64,000 bases of DNA from an uncultured delta proteobacterium (lineage in GTDB: Bacteria; Myxococcota_A; Polyangia; Polyangiales; Polyangiaceae), in NCBI GenBank assembly GCA_963850305.1, contig CAWKKR010000001.1:224001-288000 (forward strand). The letters are read 5' to 3'. Numbering within the stretch: position 1 is the stretch's first letter; every line of letters begins with the position of its first letter. Position numbers and translations under genes: made by a program. A model generated the notes under the pieces. The model was not told where the DNA came from. It saw only the letters and a program-made list of their open reading frames with translations, and did not search any database. Positions 1 through 9,810 of this stretch are shown here, one piece after another.

Positions 1-1086
1 TGCCAGGTCCACCGGTTCCACGCTCACGACCAGACCGGAATTCGCGAAAGGAGAGTTGCGCCTGGACAGACTCATCCCGTTCACGACGAGCCCCGAAGCT
101 TCGGTCGACGCGGGCACGATGAATCCCCCGGGGCACATGCAAAACGAAAACACGCCGCGAGCGTCCACCGTCTCGGCGAGGCGATAGGTCGCGGCCGGCA
201 AGGCGGGATGGCCAGCGACGGCGCCATACTGAATGCTATCGATCAGCGGCTGCGGGTGTTCGATGCGCACACCGACCGCGAACGCCTTCGGCTCGAGCCG
301 GACGCCTTCCGCCGCGAGGAGCGAGTAGACGTCGGCCGCGGAGTGTCCCGTCGCAAGCACGACGCGCTCAGCGTCGATTTCGCTCCCATCCGCCAGGATC
401 ACGCCCGCGACCCGTCCATCCTTCGTCGCGACGAGGCGAACCACGCGGGAACCGAACCGAAACTCGACGCCCGTTCGCTCGAGCTCTTCCCGGATGCTGG
501 TGACGACCTCCGGCAGCCGGTTCGAGCCGATGTGCGGGCGCGCATCGGTGAGGATGGCCTCCGGTGCGCCGTGTCGCGCGAGGATCTCGATGACGTCGCG
601 CACGCTCCCTCTCTTGTGAGCGCGCGTGTAGAGCTTGCCGTCGCTGTACGTGCCTGCGCCACCTTCGCCGAAACAGTAGTTGCTGTCCGGATCGACCTCT
701 CCGCGACGATTCAAGCCCTTGAGGTCACGCCGCCGAGGCTGCACGAGCTTGCCCCGGTCCACCACGATCGAGCCGATGCCCCGCCGCGCGAGCTCGTAAG
801 CGCAGAAGAGCCCCGCGGGTCCCGCGCCGATGATGACGACGCGCTTCGGGCCCACTTCGCGAGGATGGGGTGCACCCAGATCGCTTTCCCGCGCCTCGCC
901 GACCTCGAATACGAGATGAAATCGGACGCGCCCGCGCCGGGCATCCACGGACTTCTTCCGTAGCGCGATTGGCGGTAGATCGGCTTCGGCAACACCGAGG
1001 GCCCTGGCGACGCGACTTCGAAGCCCGAGGGCATCGGCCGCGTCGTCGGGCGATACATCCAGGGTGATCTCCGTCGCCGGGCGCAC
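1..1086 (-). CDS. FAD-dependent dehydrogenase/oxidoreductase (3' end runs off the window)
   Basis: Manual translation from GTG 1086 gives VIIGAGPAGLFCAYEL (Rossmann motif), SNYCFGEGGAGTYSDGKLYTR and VFSFCMCPGG...VVNGMS...NSPFANSG. It is absent from the ORF track because it has no stop in the window. Confidence 0.9.
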   Translation of the reverse strand, partial: MRPATEITLDVSPDDAADALGLRSRVARALGVAEADLPPIALRKKSVDARRGRVRFHLVFEVGEARESDLGAPHPREVGPKRVVIIGAGPAGLFCAYELARRGIGSIVVDRGKLVQPRRRDLKGLNRRGEVDPDSNYCFGEGGAGTYSDGKLYTRAHKRGSVRDVIEILARHGAPEAILTDARPHIGSNRLPEVVTSIREELERTGVEFRFGSRVVRLVATKDGRVAGVILADGSEIDAERVVLATGHSAADVYSLLAAEGVRLEPKAFAVGVRIEHPQPLIDSIQYGAVAGHPALPAATYRLAETVDARGVFSFCMCPGGFIVPASTEASGLVVNGMSLSRRNSPFANSGLVVSVEPVDLA

Positions 1087-1167
1087 CCGTGCCTTCTACC
1101 GGAACGCGAGCGGCATGGCGAAACGTGAACGCGACGCGGGCTAGCCGAAAGGGAGCAGTGAGCCGTC

Positions 1168-1196
1168 TTGACGCGGGGATTGCCGTGCCGCATGTT
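1168..1196 (+). promoter_or_regulatory. Putative sigma70-type promoter of tpx
   Basis: TTGACG-N17-CATGTT; AGGAGA RBS before ATG 1225. Confidence 0.4.
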
Positions 1197-1224
1197 CCTG
1201 CGCCGGAAAAACAGGAGAATCATC

Positions 1225-1740
1225 ATGACCGAACTGAGAAAAGGCGCGATCAACTGGAAGGGGCCGGCGGACCTTGAAGGCCCGGAAATCAAGAAGGGGG
1301 ACCGGGCACCGTCCGCGTTCAGCCTCATCGGAACGGACATGAGCGAGGTCAAGGGAACCGACCTGTCGGGTACCGTTCGAATCCTGTGCGCGGTGCCTTC
1401 GCTCGACACTGCGGTCTGCGACGTCGAGATGAAGCGGTTCAACACCGAGGCGGCCAAGCTACCGGGCGTGACGATCGCCGCAGTCTCCCTCGACCTGCCG
1501 TTCGCCGCGAAGCGCTGGTGTGGCGCCACGGGCAGCGACAAGATCCGCGCGCTCAGTGACTTCAAGTTCCGCAACTTCGGCACGGCGTACGGCGTATTCG
1601 TTCCCGCGAAGGGGCTCCTGGCTCGTGCCGTGTTCGTCATCGGCAAGGACGACATCGTCAAGCATGCGGAATACGTCGCGGACGTCGGCCAGGAGCCGAA
1701 CTACGACGCCGCACTCGCGGCCGCCAAAGCGCTCGTCTGA
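1225..1740 (+). CDS. tpx: Thiol peroxidase (atypical 2-Cys peroxiredoxin)
   Basis: VPSLDTAVC, SLDLPFAAKRWCG, LLARAVFVI and EPNYDAAL motifs; RBS present. Confidence 0.95.
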   Translation: MTELRKGAINWKGPADLEGPEIKKGDRAPSAFSLIGTDMSEVKGTDLSGTVRILCAVPSLDTAVCDVEMKRFNTEAAKLPGVTIAAVSLDLPFAAKRWCGATGSDKIRALSDFKFRNFGTAYGVFVPAKGLLARAVFVIGKDDIVKHAEYVADVGQEPNYDAALAAAKALV

Positions 1741-1955
1741 AGTCGCTCACGAGCTGAGCTCATCGGTCAACGACGCTGCGCGGCAAGCCGCATGCGCGGC
1801 GATGCGGGCGCCACGGCGTTGGCGACTCCATCGAGAACTTCCGTCGGGCTCCTGCCGCGCGGGAGCGGCGCAGAGCGGCGCCCACAATGTGGGTGGGCGC
1901 AATGCAGCGTCGAGACGGAAGGCAGCGGTTCGACGGGTGATGTACGCTTGCGGAA

Positions 1956-4900
1956 GTGTCGAAGTGGAAACTCTGGGGCCTCGTCCTCACTCTCCTCACT
2001 CTCACGGGCTGCACGACTGGGGGGCTCGACGACCTCTCCGGCGGGGTGGGCACGGTCGGTACTGGAGGGACAGGCCCGCGGGCCGACGGCGGAGGCCATC
2101 CTTCCTCGTGCAACGATGGGACGAAGGACGGCACCGAGACCGACGTTGATTGCGGCGGCGCCGATTGCGCCGCGTGCGCGAGCGGCAAGAGCTGCATCGC
2201 AGGAACCGATTGCCTGAGCGCAACATGCGCGAGCGGAACCTGCCGAGCCGCAGGATGCACCGACGGACAGAAGGACGGAACCGAATCCGATGTGGACTGC
2301 GGCGGCTCCTGCAATCCATGCGCGACGGGTAACCAGTGCTCCGCCCCGGCCGACTGCACGAGCGGGGTGTGTACCTCGGGCGAGTGCGCGGCTCCAACCT
2401 GCACCGACGACGTCAAAAACGGAGTCGAGACCGACGTCGACTGTGGCGGTTCGTGCCCGGCGTGCGCGCTGCTGAAGGCGTGCGCGCTGCCGAGCGATTG
2501 CGTGTCGGCGTTTTGCACCGGGGGGACATGCCAGGCCGCGACTTGCACGGACAAGGTGAAGGACGGGACGGAAACCGATGTCGACTGCGGCGGCGCTTCG
2601 TGTGCCTCGTGCGCGCCAGGCCTCGCCTGCGTCACTTCGACGGACTGCGCCTCGTCGATCTGCGAAAACGCGGTGTGCCAGGACGTCTCATGCACGGACA
2701 AGGTCAAGAACGGCACGGAGACCGACGTCGACTGCGGCGGCTCCTGCCCGGCATGCGCCGTCGGCAAGACCTGCAAGTTCGGGGGTAACTGTCTGACCGA
2801 CGTGTGCACGGGCAGCACGTGCGCAGCGGCGGCCTGCGACGACGGCGTCAAGAACGCAGACGAAACCGACGTCGACTGTGGCGGCTCCTGCCCAGCGTGT
2901 GGGGTCGGCTCCAAGTGCGGCGTCGCGGCGGACTGCACGACCGGCTTTTGTTCGTCACAGACTTGCAGCGACACGTCGTGCGCGGACGGCGTGCGGAACG
3001 GAACCGAAACTGGAGTCGACTGTGGCGGCCTGTGCTCCGGGTGCGGGCCCGGCATCGGTTGCAACGAAAACTCCGACTGCGCGAGCGATATTTGCGGCAA
3101 TGACTCCTTGTGCCGCGCGGCGAGCTGTTCCGACACGGTGAAAAATGGCACGGAGACCGACGTCGACTGCGGCGGTTCGTGTCCGGGGTGCGATCCGGGG
3201 CTGCTCTGCAAGCAGGGGACGGATTGCTCGTCCGGCGTGTGCGCCAGTGGCGTCTGTCAGGCGCCCACGTGCGCGGACTCGGTCCAGAATGGGAACGAGA
3301 CGGACGTCGACTGCGGCGGGACGTCTTGCGGCGCGTGCGCCGCAGGCAAAGCCTGCACGGGGAACTCGGACTGTTCGTCCGAGGTCTGCACGTCGAAGGT
3401 CTGCCAGGGCGCGTCGTGCACGGACGGCGCGAAGAACGGCGACGAGACGGACGTCGACTGCGGCGGGAGCTGCACGGGTTGCGCCGCGGGGCTCTCGTGC
3501 CTGGTCGCGGGCGATTGTGCGACGGCGTACTGTTCGTCGAACGTCTGCACCGCGCCCGGGTGTCAGGACAAGGCGAAGAACGGAACGGAGACGGACGTCG
3601 ACTGCGGCGGCGGGAGCTGCCCCCCGTGCGCCGACGCAGACACGTGCAAGATCGCTACCGACTGCAAGAGCAAGGATTGCGCCTCGAACACCTGTCAGCC
3701 GGCAACGTGTTCCGACAAGATCCAGAACGGAACGGAGACCGGAGTCGACTGCGGCGGTGGCGGTTGCCCCGCGTGCGGCACCGGCGGCACCTGTGCGAAG
3801 GGCTCCGACTGCGCGAGCCTCGTGTGCTCCTCCGTATGTCAGGCGGCGACCTGTTCGGACTTCGTGAAGAACGCGAACGAGAGCGATGTCGACTGCGGGG
3901 GTGGCACCTGCGCCGCCTGCTCGCCGGGGCAAGCGTGCAAAATCGCCGCGGACTGCAAGAGCGTCGTATGCACCGCTTCCGTGTGTCAGACCGGAACCTG
4001 CGCGGACAAGGTGAAGAACGGCTCGGAAACGGACGTTGACTGCGGCGGTTCGTCGTGTCCCGGCTGCGCGCCGGGCGGCGTGTGCGCCCAGGGCGGCGAC
4101 TGTGCGAGCGGCGTGTGCGTCGGTGCGAGCTGCGTCGCGCCGACGTGCTCCGACGGTGTCAAGAACGGCACCGAGGTCGACGTCGACTGCGGCGGTTCCT
4201 GTGCAGCCTGCGGATCCGGGAAGAATTGCACCGCGGCGGGGGACTGCGCGAGCAAGGTCTGCGCCGGAAGCAAATGCCAGACGCCGAGCTGCACGGACGG
4301 CGTCAAGAACGGCACCGAGAGCGACACGGATTGCGGAGGGTCGTCCTGCGCCGCGTGCGCGAGCGGGAAAGCGTGCACCGTCGCGGGCGACTGCGCGAGC
4401 AGCGTGTGCACCGGAAATAAATGCCAGGCCGCGAGTTGCAGCGACAAGGTCAAGAACCAGGACGAGACCGACGTAGACTGCGGCGGTGCGACGTGCAGCG
4501 CCTGCGGAGTGGGCCTGCACTGCACGAGCGGGGCCGATTGCTCGAGTGGCGCCTGCGTCACCGGCGTGTGCGCGACGGCAAGCTGCTCGGATGGCCTGAA
4601 GGACGGATCCGAGTCGGACGTGGACTGCGGCGGCTCGTGCCCGAAGTGTGCGACCGGCAAGAAGTGCGGCACGGCACCGGACTGCTCGAGCGGCGTGTGC
4701 ACGTCCGGCACCTGCAAGGCCGCCGCGTGTAACGACGGCGTCAAGAACGGCACAGAGAGCGACATCGACTGCGGCGGTTCTTGCACCGCATGTGCGTCCG
4801 GACAGGCGTGCAACACGGGAGCGGATTGCACGGGCAAGGTCTGCACCTCGAGCATCTGCGCCGTGCCCAGTTGCACCGATGGCCAGCAGAACGGAACCGA

Positions 4901-6929
4901 AACGGACGTGGATTGCGGCGGTGGCTCGTGCAGCCCCTGCCCGGCCGGGAAGAAGTGCAAGGGCCCCACGGACTGCACGACGGACTCCTGCAGCGGGACC
5001 TGCCAGACGGCGACCTGCACGGACGGCGTCAAGAATGGAGCCGAGACGGGCACCGATTGCGGCGGCGGCACCTGCCCCACTTGCGCGAACGGGAGCTCTT
5101 GCCTGTCGAGCGGCGATTGCAGCTCGGGGGTGTGCTCCGGCGGCCTTTGCACCGCGGCGGGATGCAACGACAGGGTGAAAAACGGTTCGGAGACGGACGT
5201 GGATTGCGGCGGCCCGACCTGCGCTCCATGTCCGGCGGGCGATCATTGTGTTGCGGCCGCGGACTGCGCCAGCAAGGACTGCTCGAGCTCCACGTGTCTC
5301 GCGCCGACTTGCACCGATCACATCCAGAACGGCTCCGAGACCGGCGCGGACTGCGGCGGTGGCAGCTGCCCGGCGTGCGCGGCGGGGTTCGGCTGCGCGA
5401 CGCAGTCCGATTGCACGAGCGGCGTGTGCAAGACCAGCATCTGCCAGGCGCCCACCTGCTCGGACTTCGTCAGGAACGGTAACGAGACCGATGTCGATTG
5501 CGGCGGAGGAACGTGCGGCGGGTGCGCCCCTGGCGGCGCATGTGGCGTCTCCGGTGATTGCACGAGCCTGAATTGCTCTGGCAAGGTTTGTCAGTCACCG
5601 ACGTGTACCGACGGCCTGCTGAACGGCAACGAGAGCAGCGTCGATTGCGGGGGCGGCACCTGCAGCACCTGCGGCGACGGCCTCACCTGCAACACGGCCA
5701 ACGATTGCACGAGCAAGGTCTGCACGACCAAGGCGTGCCAGACGCCGACCTGCAGTGACGGGGTCCTGAACGGCGACGAGACCGGAGTCGACTGCGGCGG
5801 CTCCTGCCCCGCCACTTGCTGCACGACACACACGCTGCCGCCCTCCGTGAACGTCGATGCCACTCAATGGTCCGCGGACTTCCTCACGTCACCCGTCTGG
5901 AACTGTGACGCCGCTGGTACCACGACCATCAACTCGAACACCGGCCAGATCACGAGCACGGGCTGCGCGCTCACGGCCGACTTCACCAATGGGGTGACGG
6001 AGATCGGCACGACGGCAACGGTCATGGTGGTCCGGCTCCAGGGACTCACTGTGACGAACGGCCACGTGATCCAGCTGACGGGCGACAAGCCCATCGTCTT
6101 CCTGGTAGCAGGGAATGTCGTCATCGACACGGAGGGCAACATCGACGCGAGCGCGAATGGCACCGCAGCGGGGCCCGGAGGTAGCGACTCGACGCAGTGC
6201 ACTGGCTCGACCGGCACGGCATCTTCAGCGACAGGCATTGGCGGCGGCGGTGGAGGGTTCGGTACCGCGGGGGGTTACGGCGCCAAGGTCGATGGCACGA
6301 GCGGCAGCGCGGGAGGAGCCGTTAGCTCGATAGCCAACCTTCAGCCTCTCCGCGGTGGATGTTCCGGAGGGACCGGGGGAGGGTCCCAAAAATTCGCGGG
6401 CGGGGGCGGCGGCGGGGCGTTCGAGATCAGCGCGTCTGGAACCATCACAATCGGACACTCGGGCGACACCTCGACGACGAGCGGCACGCTGAGTGCCGCT
6501 GGCGGTTACTCCCTGGGCGCGCCCAAGTCGGGGAGCCAAAATAGTGGCAGTGCCGGTGCGGGGAGTGGCGGTGGGATTCTCGTCGTGTCACCTGCAACCG
6601 CCACATTCGGCACCAACGGTGCGGCCCGCGTCCACGGAGGGGGGTCCGGGTCCGGACATGGCACGAGCGCAGACCCAGGCGGCAACAACGGGACGAACGG
6701 GCATACCGCGGACAACACGGCAGCGGCGGGGGGCGCAGCGCCGAACATCAACGGGGCCGCCGGCGTCAAGGGCGGGCTCTGCGCCGGCAACAACTGCTCG
6801 ATCGCTTCGGCGCCGGGGTCAAACGGCACTCACGCGTCGGCAGGGCCGAATCTCGACGGGTCCGGCGGTGGCGGCGGTGGCGGCCGCGTCGTGGTGATGA
6901 CCAGCGCGGCCACGGTCGCGTGTGACTGA
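1956..6929 (+). CDS. Giant Cys-rich repeat lipoprotein with Gly-rich C-terminal domain
   Basis: 1657 aa; lipobox LTGC; 26 DCGG repeats; Gly-rich C-terminal region of about 360 aa. Confidence 0.9.
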   Translation: MSKWKLWGLVLTLLTLTGCTTGGLDDLSGGVGTVGTGGTGPRADGGGHPSSCNDGTKDGTETDVDCGGADCAACASGKSCIAGTDCLSATCASGTCRAAGCTDGQKDGTESDVDCGGSCNPCATGNQCSAPADCTSGVCTSGECAAPTCTDDVKNGVETDVDCGGSCPACALLKACALPSDCVSAFCTGGTCQAATCTDKVKDGTETDVDCGGASCASCAPGLACVTSTDCASSICENAVCQDVSCTDKVKNGTETDVDCGGSCPACAVGKTCKFGGNCLTDVCTGSTCAAAACDDGVKNADETDVDCGGSCPACGVGSKCGVAADCTTGFCSSQTCSDTSCADGVRNGTETGVDCGGLCSGCGPGIGCNENSDCASDICGNDSLCRAASCSDTVKNGTETDVDCGGSCPGCDPGLLCKQGTDCSSGVCASGVCQAPTCADSVQNGNETDVDCGGTSCGACAAGKACTGNSDCSSEVCTSKVCQGASCTDGAKNGDETDVDCGGSCTGCAAGLSCLVAGDCATAYCSSNVCTAPGCQDKAKNGTETDVDCGGGSCPPCADADTCKIATDCKSKDCASNTCQPATCSDKIQNGTETGVDCGGGGCPACGTGGTCAKGSDCASLVCSSVCQAATCSDFVKNANESDVDCGGGTCAACSPGQACKIAADCKSVVCTASVCQTGTCADKVKNGSETDVDCGGSSCPGCAPGGVCAQGGDCASGVCVGASCVAPTCSDGVKNGTEVDVDCGGSCAACGSGKNCTAAGDCASKVCAGSKCQTPSCTDGVKNGTESDTDCGGSSCAACASGKACTVAGDCASSVCTGNKCQAASCSDKVKNQDETDVDCGGATCSACGVGLHCTSGADCSSGACVTGVCATASCSDGLKDGSESDVDCGGSCPKCATGKKCGTAPDCSSGVCTSGTCKAAACNDGVKNGTESDIDCGGSCTACASGQACNTGADCTGKVCTSSICAVPSCTDGQQNGTETDVDCGGGSCSPCPAGKKCKGPTDCTTDSCSGTCQTATCTDGVKNGAETGTDCGGGTCPTCANGSSCLSSGDCSSGVCSGGLCTAAGCNDRVKNGSETDVDCGGPTCAPCPAGDHCVAAADCASKDCSSSTCLAPTCTDHIQNGSETGADCGGGSCPACAAGFGCATQSDCTSGVCKTSICQAPTCSDFVRNGNETDVDCGGGTCGGCAPGGACGVSGDCTSLNCSGKVCQSPTCTDGLLNGNESSVDCGGGTCSTCGDGLTCNTANDCTSKVCTTKACQTPTCSDGVLNGDETGVDCGGSCPATCCTTHTLPPSVNVDATQWSADFLTSPVWNCDAAGTTTINSNTGQITSTGCALTADFTNGVTEIGTTATVMVVRLQGLTVTNGHVIQLTGDKPIVFLVAGNVVIDTEGNIDASANGTAAGPGGSDSTQCTGSTGTASSATGIGGGGGGFGTAGGYGAKVDGTSGSAGGAVSSIANLQPLRGGCSGGTGGGSQKFAGGGGGGAFEISASGTITIGHSGDTSTTSGTLSAAGGYSLGAPKSGSQNSGSAGAGSGGGILVVSPATATFGTNGAARVHGGGSGSGHGTSADPGGNNGTNGHTADNTAAAGGAAPNINGAAGVKGGLCAGNNCSIASAPGSNGTHASAGPNLDGSGGGGGGGRVVVMTSAATVACD
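2109..5822 (+). repeat. Intragenic tandem repeat, 26 units of about 144-147 bp (C-x-DG-x-x-NG-x-ETDVDCGG-x-C..., 8 Cys per unit)
   Basis: 26 DCGG cores counted in the translation; recurring GAGACCGACGTCGACTGCGGCGG-like DNA. Confidence 0.9.
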
Positions 6930-6977
6930 GGCGCAGCGCCCCGAAACGCCGGCCCGAGGGTGCGCGTTGCCCGCGCG

Positions 6978-8309
6978 TTAGCCGGGCAGCGCTGCCGGTA
7001 ATCTGACGATCATCTCGGTCCCTTTTTCGAGCGCGCTCTCGACGCGGATTGTACCGCCGTGGGCGTCACAAATCGCCTTCACGAAACTGAGACCGAGACC
7101 GAGACCGGGCGCTGAACGGCTTCGGTCCCCTCGGTACAGGCGATCGAAAATGCGCGGCTGGTCGGCCTCCCCGATGCCGATGCCAGTATCGCGTACGCGG
7201 ATTTCCACGAACCGCTCGACGATGCGCGCGCTCACCTGCACGACGCCGGAGGCATTCGTATACTTGATGGCGTTGTCGAGGAGATTGGCGACGAGCTGCC
7301 GGAGACGCATCGCATCTCCGACGACGAACGCAGGTTCGACGCTCGAAACGACGTGGACTCCCTTCTCCTCCGCGACGAGATCGTAGGTCTCCAGTACCTC
7401 CCGCACCAGCGTGTCGATGGAGATGCGTTCCCGTTCGAGGTGCATGACGCCGGTTTCCGCCGCGGAGATATCCATGAGCGTACGCAGCATCGTGAGCACG
7501 CGTTCGGACTCCTCGACGGAATCGCCGAGGGCGTCTTTGAGCGCGCCCGCGTCGTCACCCCTCTGTAGCGCCAGCTCGGCGCTCGCTCGGAGACGCGCGA
7601 GCGGCGTGCGCAGGTCGTGCGCAACGTTGTCCAGCGCTTCACGCATGCCCGTGACCAGAGCCTCGTTGCGATCGAGCAATCGGTTGAACAATCCGGCGAG
7701 CTCGTCGAGCTCATCGGCACTCCCGCGGGTCCGGACGCGTGCGCCGAAGTCCCCCGAACGAAGGATGGACTCCGTCGTTTCGGTCAACGCTCGCACCGGA
7801 CGCAAAGCTCTTCGAGTGAGAAGCGCGCCGCCGAGGAGCCCCAGCAGCGCGGCCACCCCCAGGGCAGCGAGCGATGCATCGCGAATTCGCGCCAGGATTG
7901 CCCTCTCGTCCGCCTTGCTCCTCCCCACCTGTAACTCGAGGTCGCCCGACAGGGCCGTCTCGATGCGCCAGCCACTCCCCGAGAGCTTCTCGAGCGGGAT
8001 CTGCGGAGGGGCATGCTCGTAAAGCGTGGTCGCTCCCGATCGAAGACGAACGACCTCGTGCTCGCCGTGCTCACCGTGTGCGGCGACCGCCCGGGCGAGA
8101 CCGTCGGTTCCGCGGCTCTCCAGCTGGCTTCGATATTCGGCAACGTGCGCCGAGAGAATGGCGCGTTCGCTCGAGTCGATGGAGTGGGCGATGACGTAGC
8201 TCTCGACCTCGCCCACCAGGGCCACGCTCGCAACGAAGATCACGAAGTACCAGGCCGTCAGTCGCGCGCTCGTGGACCGAGCGAGCCCCCTAATCCTTCC
8301 GTAAGACAT
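6978..8309 (-). CDS. HAMP-domain sensor histidine kinase
   Basis: Two TM segments, HAMP, H-box AHDLRTPL, N-box [14 protein letters not shown] and GLGLGL. Confidence 0.95.
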   Translation of the reverse strand: MSYGRIRGLARSTSARLTAWYFVIFVASVALVGEVESYVIAHSIDSSERAILSAHVAEYRSQLESRGTDGLARAVAAHGEHGEHEVVRLRSGATTLYEHAPPQIPLEKLSGSGWRIETALSGDLELQVGRSKADERAILARIRDASLAALGVAALLGLLGGALLTRRALRPVRALTETTESILRSGDFGARVRTRGSADELDELAGLFNRLLDRNEALVTGMREALDNVAHDLRTPLARLRASAELALQRGDDAGALKDALGDSVEESERVLTMLRTLMDISAAETGVMHLERERISIDTLVREVLETYDLVAEEKGVHVVSSVEPAFVVGDAMRLRQLVANLLDNAIKYTNASGVVQVSARIVERFVEIRVRDTGIGIGEADQPRIFDRLYRGDRSRSAPGLGLGLSFVKAICDAHGGTIRVESALEKGTEMIVRLPAALPG

Positions 8310-8970
8310 AACCCACTCCCCGGATCGTATGAATGAGCTTCTCCTTCTGCCCGCGGTCGACCTTGCTGCGCAGCCGACTCACCAGAACGTCAACGACGTT
8401 CGTCTGCGGGTCGAACGCGTAATCCCAGACGTGCTCGAGGATCATCGTCTTCGACAGCACGCGATCGGGATTCCGGAGAAGGTATTCGAGGAGGGTGAAT
8501 TCCTTGGCTTGAAGATCCATGGTGACGCCCGCTCTGCTCGCACGCCGGGTGAACAGATCGAGGGACAGATCCGCGTACTCGAGGTTCCTCGGCGGCATCG
8601 AAGTCGCCGCGCGACGTGAGAGCGCGAGGAGACGCGCGACGAGTTCGGCGAACGAAAATGGCTTCGTGAGATAGTCGTCCGCGCCCGTCTCTAGCCCCAG
8701 AACCCGGTCCTCCACGGATCCGCGAGCGCTGAGGACGATGATCGGAATCGCCACGCCCTCGGCGCGCAGCGAACGGATGACGTCCATGCCGTCGCGACCC
8801 GGGAGCATTCGGTCGATGATGGCTGCGTCGTATGCGGGGTCTCGAGCCCGGGCCGACCGCAAGCCGTCGTTCCCGTTCTTGACCCAGTCGACGCGATGGC
8901 CCTCCTGTTCGAGACCGCGTGTGACGAACGCACCGAGTTTTTCGTCGTCCTCGACCAACAGGAGGCGCAT
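8290..8970 (-). CDS. OmpR/PhoB-family response regulator (CusR-like)
   Basis: [36 protein letters not shown] and IHTIRGVGY. Confidence 0.95.
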   Translation of the reverse strand: MRLLLVEDDEKLGAFVTRGLEQEGHRVDWVKNGNDGLRSARARDPAYDAAIIDRMLPGRDGMDVIRSLRAEGVAIPIIVLSARGSVEDRVLGLETGADDYLTKPFSFAELVARLLALSRRAATSMPPRNLEYADLSLDLFTRRASRAGVTMDLQAKEFTLLEYLLRNPDRVLSKTMILEHVWDYAFDPQTNVVDVLVSRLRSKVDRGQKEKLIHTIRGVGYVLRKD

Positions 8971-9039
8971 GAGTGACGAGTGTAGGGCATCAGAAGCGGC
9001 GTGCGGAGCCGGAGCGGGCGCATTTCGACGACATGAAAG

Positions 9040-9810
9040 TCAGGATCGTCCGGGGACCACGGGTTCGAGCTGAGTGCGTTCCACCCAGCCCGTGCGCCCG
9101 CGCGCATCATGAATGAAGACGTACGGCGGGCGCTCCTTCCCTAGCTCCACCGTACTGCCCGCCGGCAGCGAGAAGTCACTCTCGGCCGACTCGAACGGCG
9201 AGACCAGGACCGGCGCGGGGCCGACGACGATCCCCCGGTCGAGGACTCGACTCTCGACGGCCGTCGCGGCAGCCGCGGTTCCAGCAATCAGAGCTCCGCA
9301 CATCGCCACCACGAGAAGCCCTCTGCGGCGACGAGACACCATCCAGGAAAGGCCCAGCGCGCAAACGGTGACCCAGAATGCGCCCATCCCTACCCACGTC
9401 CATGCATTCACCGAAACGACGTCCGCGACGCGTTCGACGACGCCACGAGGATCCGGCGAGGTTGCGACCGACCGCGCTACCGAGAGATTTCCGCGGATGG
9501 CCTCGTCGTGCGGAGCGAGAAGCTCGGCGCGCTCGTACGCGATGATCGCACGCACCGGCTTTCCCCCGCGGAGGTAGGTGTTGCCGAGGTCGAAGAGAAG
9601 CGGCGCCGAATATCCGTTCTCCGCGACGATCCGTTCGAATTGCGACGCCGCGTCGGCGTAGTGGCCCTCGGCAAACGCGCGATTCGCCGAGTCCATCGTT
9701 GCGGCGCCGGCACCGCGGGCAAGCATCGCGAACGTGAGAGCAATCACCAGCGGTGCCAGAACGGCGCGCGCCGGGCGCAGGCCCGATTTCTTCGTGAAGA
9801 AGGACGTCAC
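9040..9810 (-). CDS. BatE-like TPR + SH3 membrane protein
   Basis: Signal peptide, TPR (LFDLGNTY...AYERA), two TM segments, SH3-like C-terminus (GWV); last gene of the Bat operon. Confidence 0.75.
   Translation of the reverse strand: MTSFFTKKSGLRPARAVLAPLVIALTFAMLARGAGAATMDSANRAFAEGHYADAASQFERIVAENGYSAPLLFDLGNTYLRGGKPVRAIIAYERAELLAPHDEAIRGNLSVARSVATSPDPRGVVERVADVVSVNAWTWVGMGAFWVTVCALGLSWMVSRRRRGLLVVAMCGALIAGTAAAATAVESRVLDRGIVVGPAPVLVSPFESAESDFSLPAGSTVELGKERPPYVFIHDARGRTGWVERTQLEPVVPGRS

Noticed and set aside
208..963. 251-aa plus-strand ORF and other long shadow ORFs (e.g. 2955-5321, 27657-29249, 38274-39974, 43438-44841)
   Set aside because: They are antisense or alternative frames of recognisable genes, expected at high GC
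2109..5822. Regular DNA repeats resembling a CRISPR array
   Set aside because: The units are degenerate at third codon positions and lie in frame within a protein repeat; no cas genes are present
7088..7110. GAGACC tandem microrepeat
   Set aside because: It encodes the GLGLGL G2 box of the kinase
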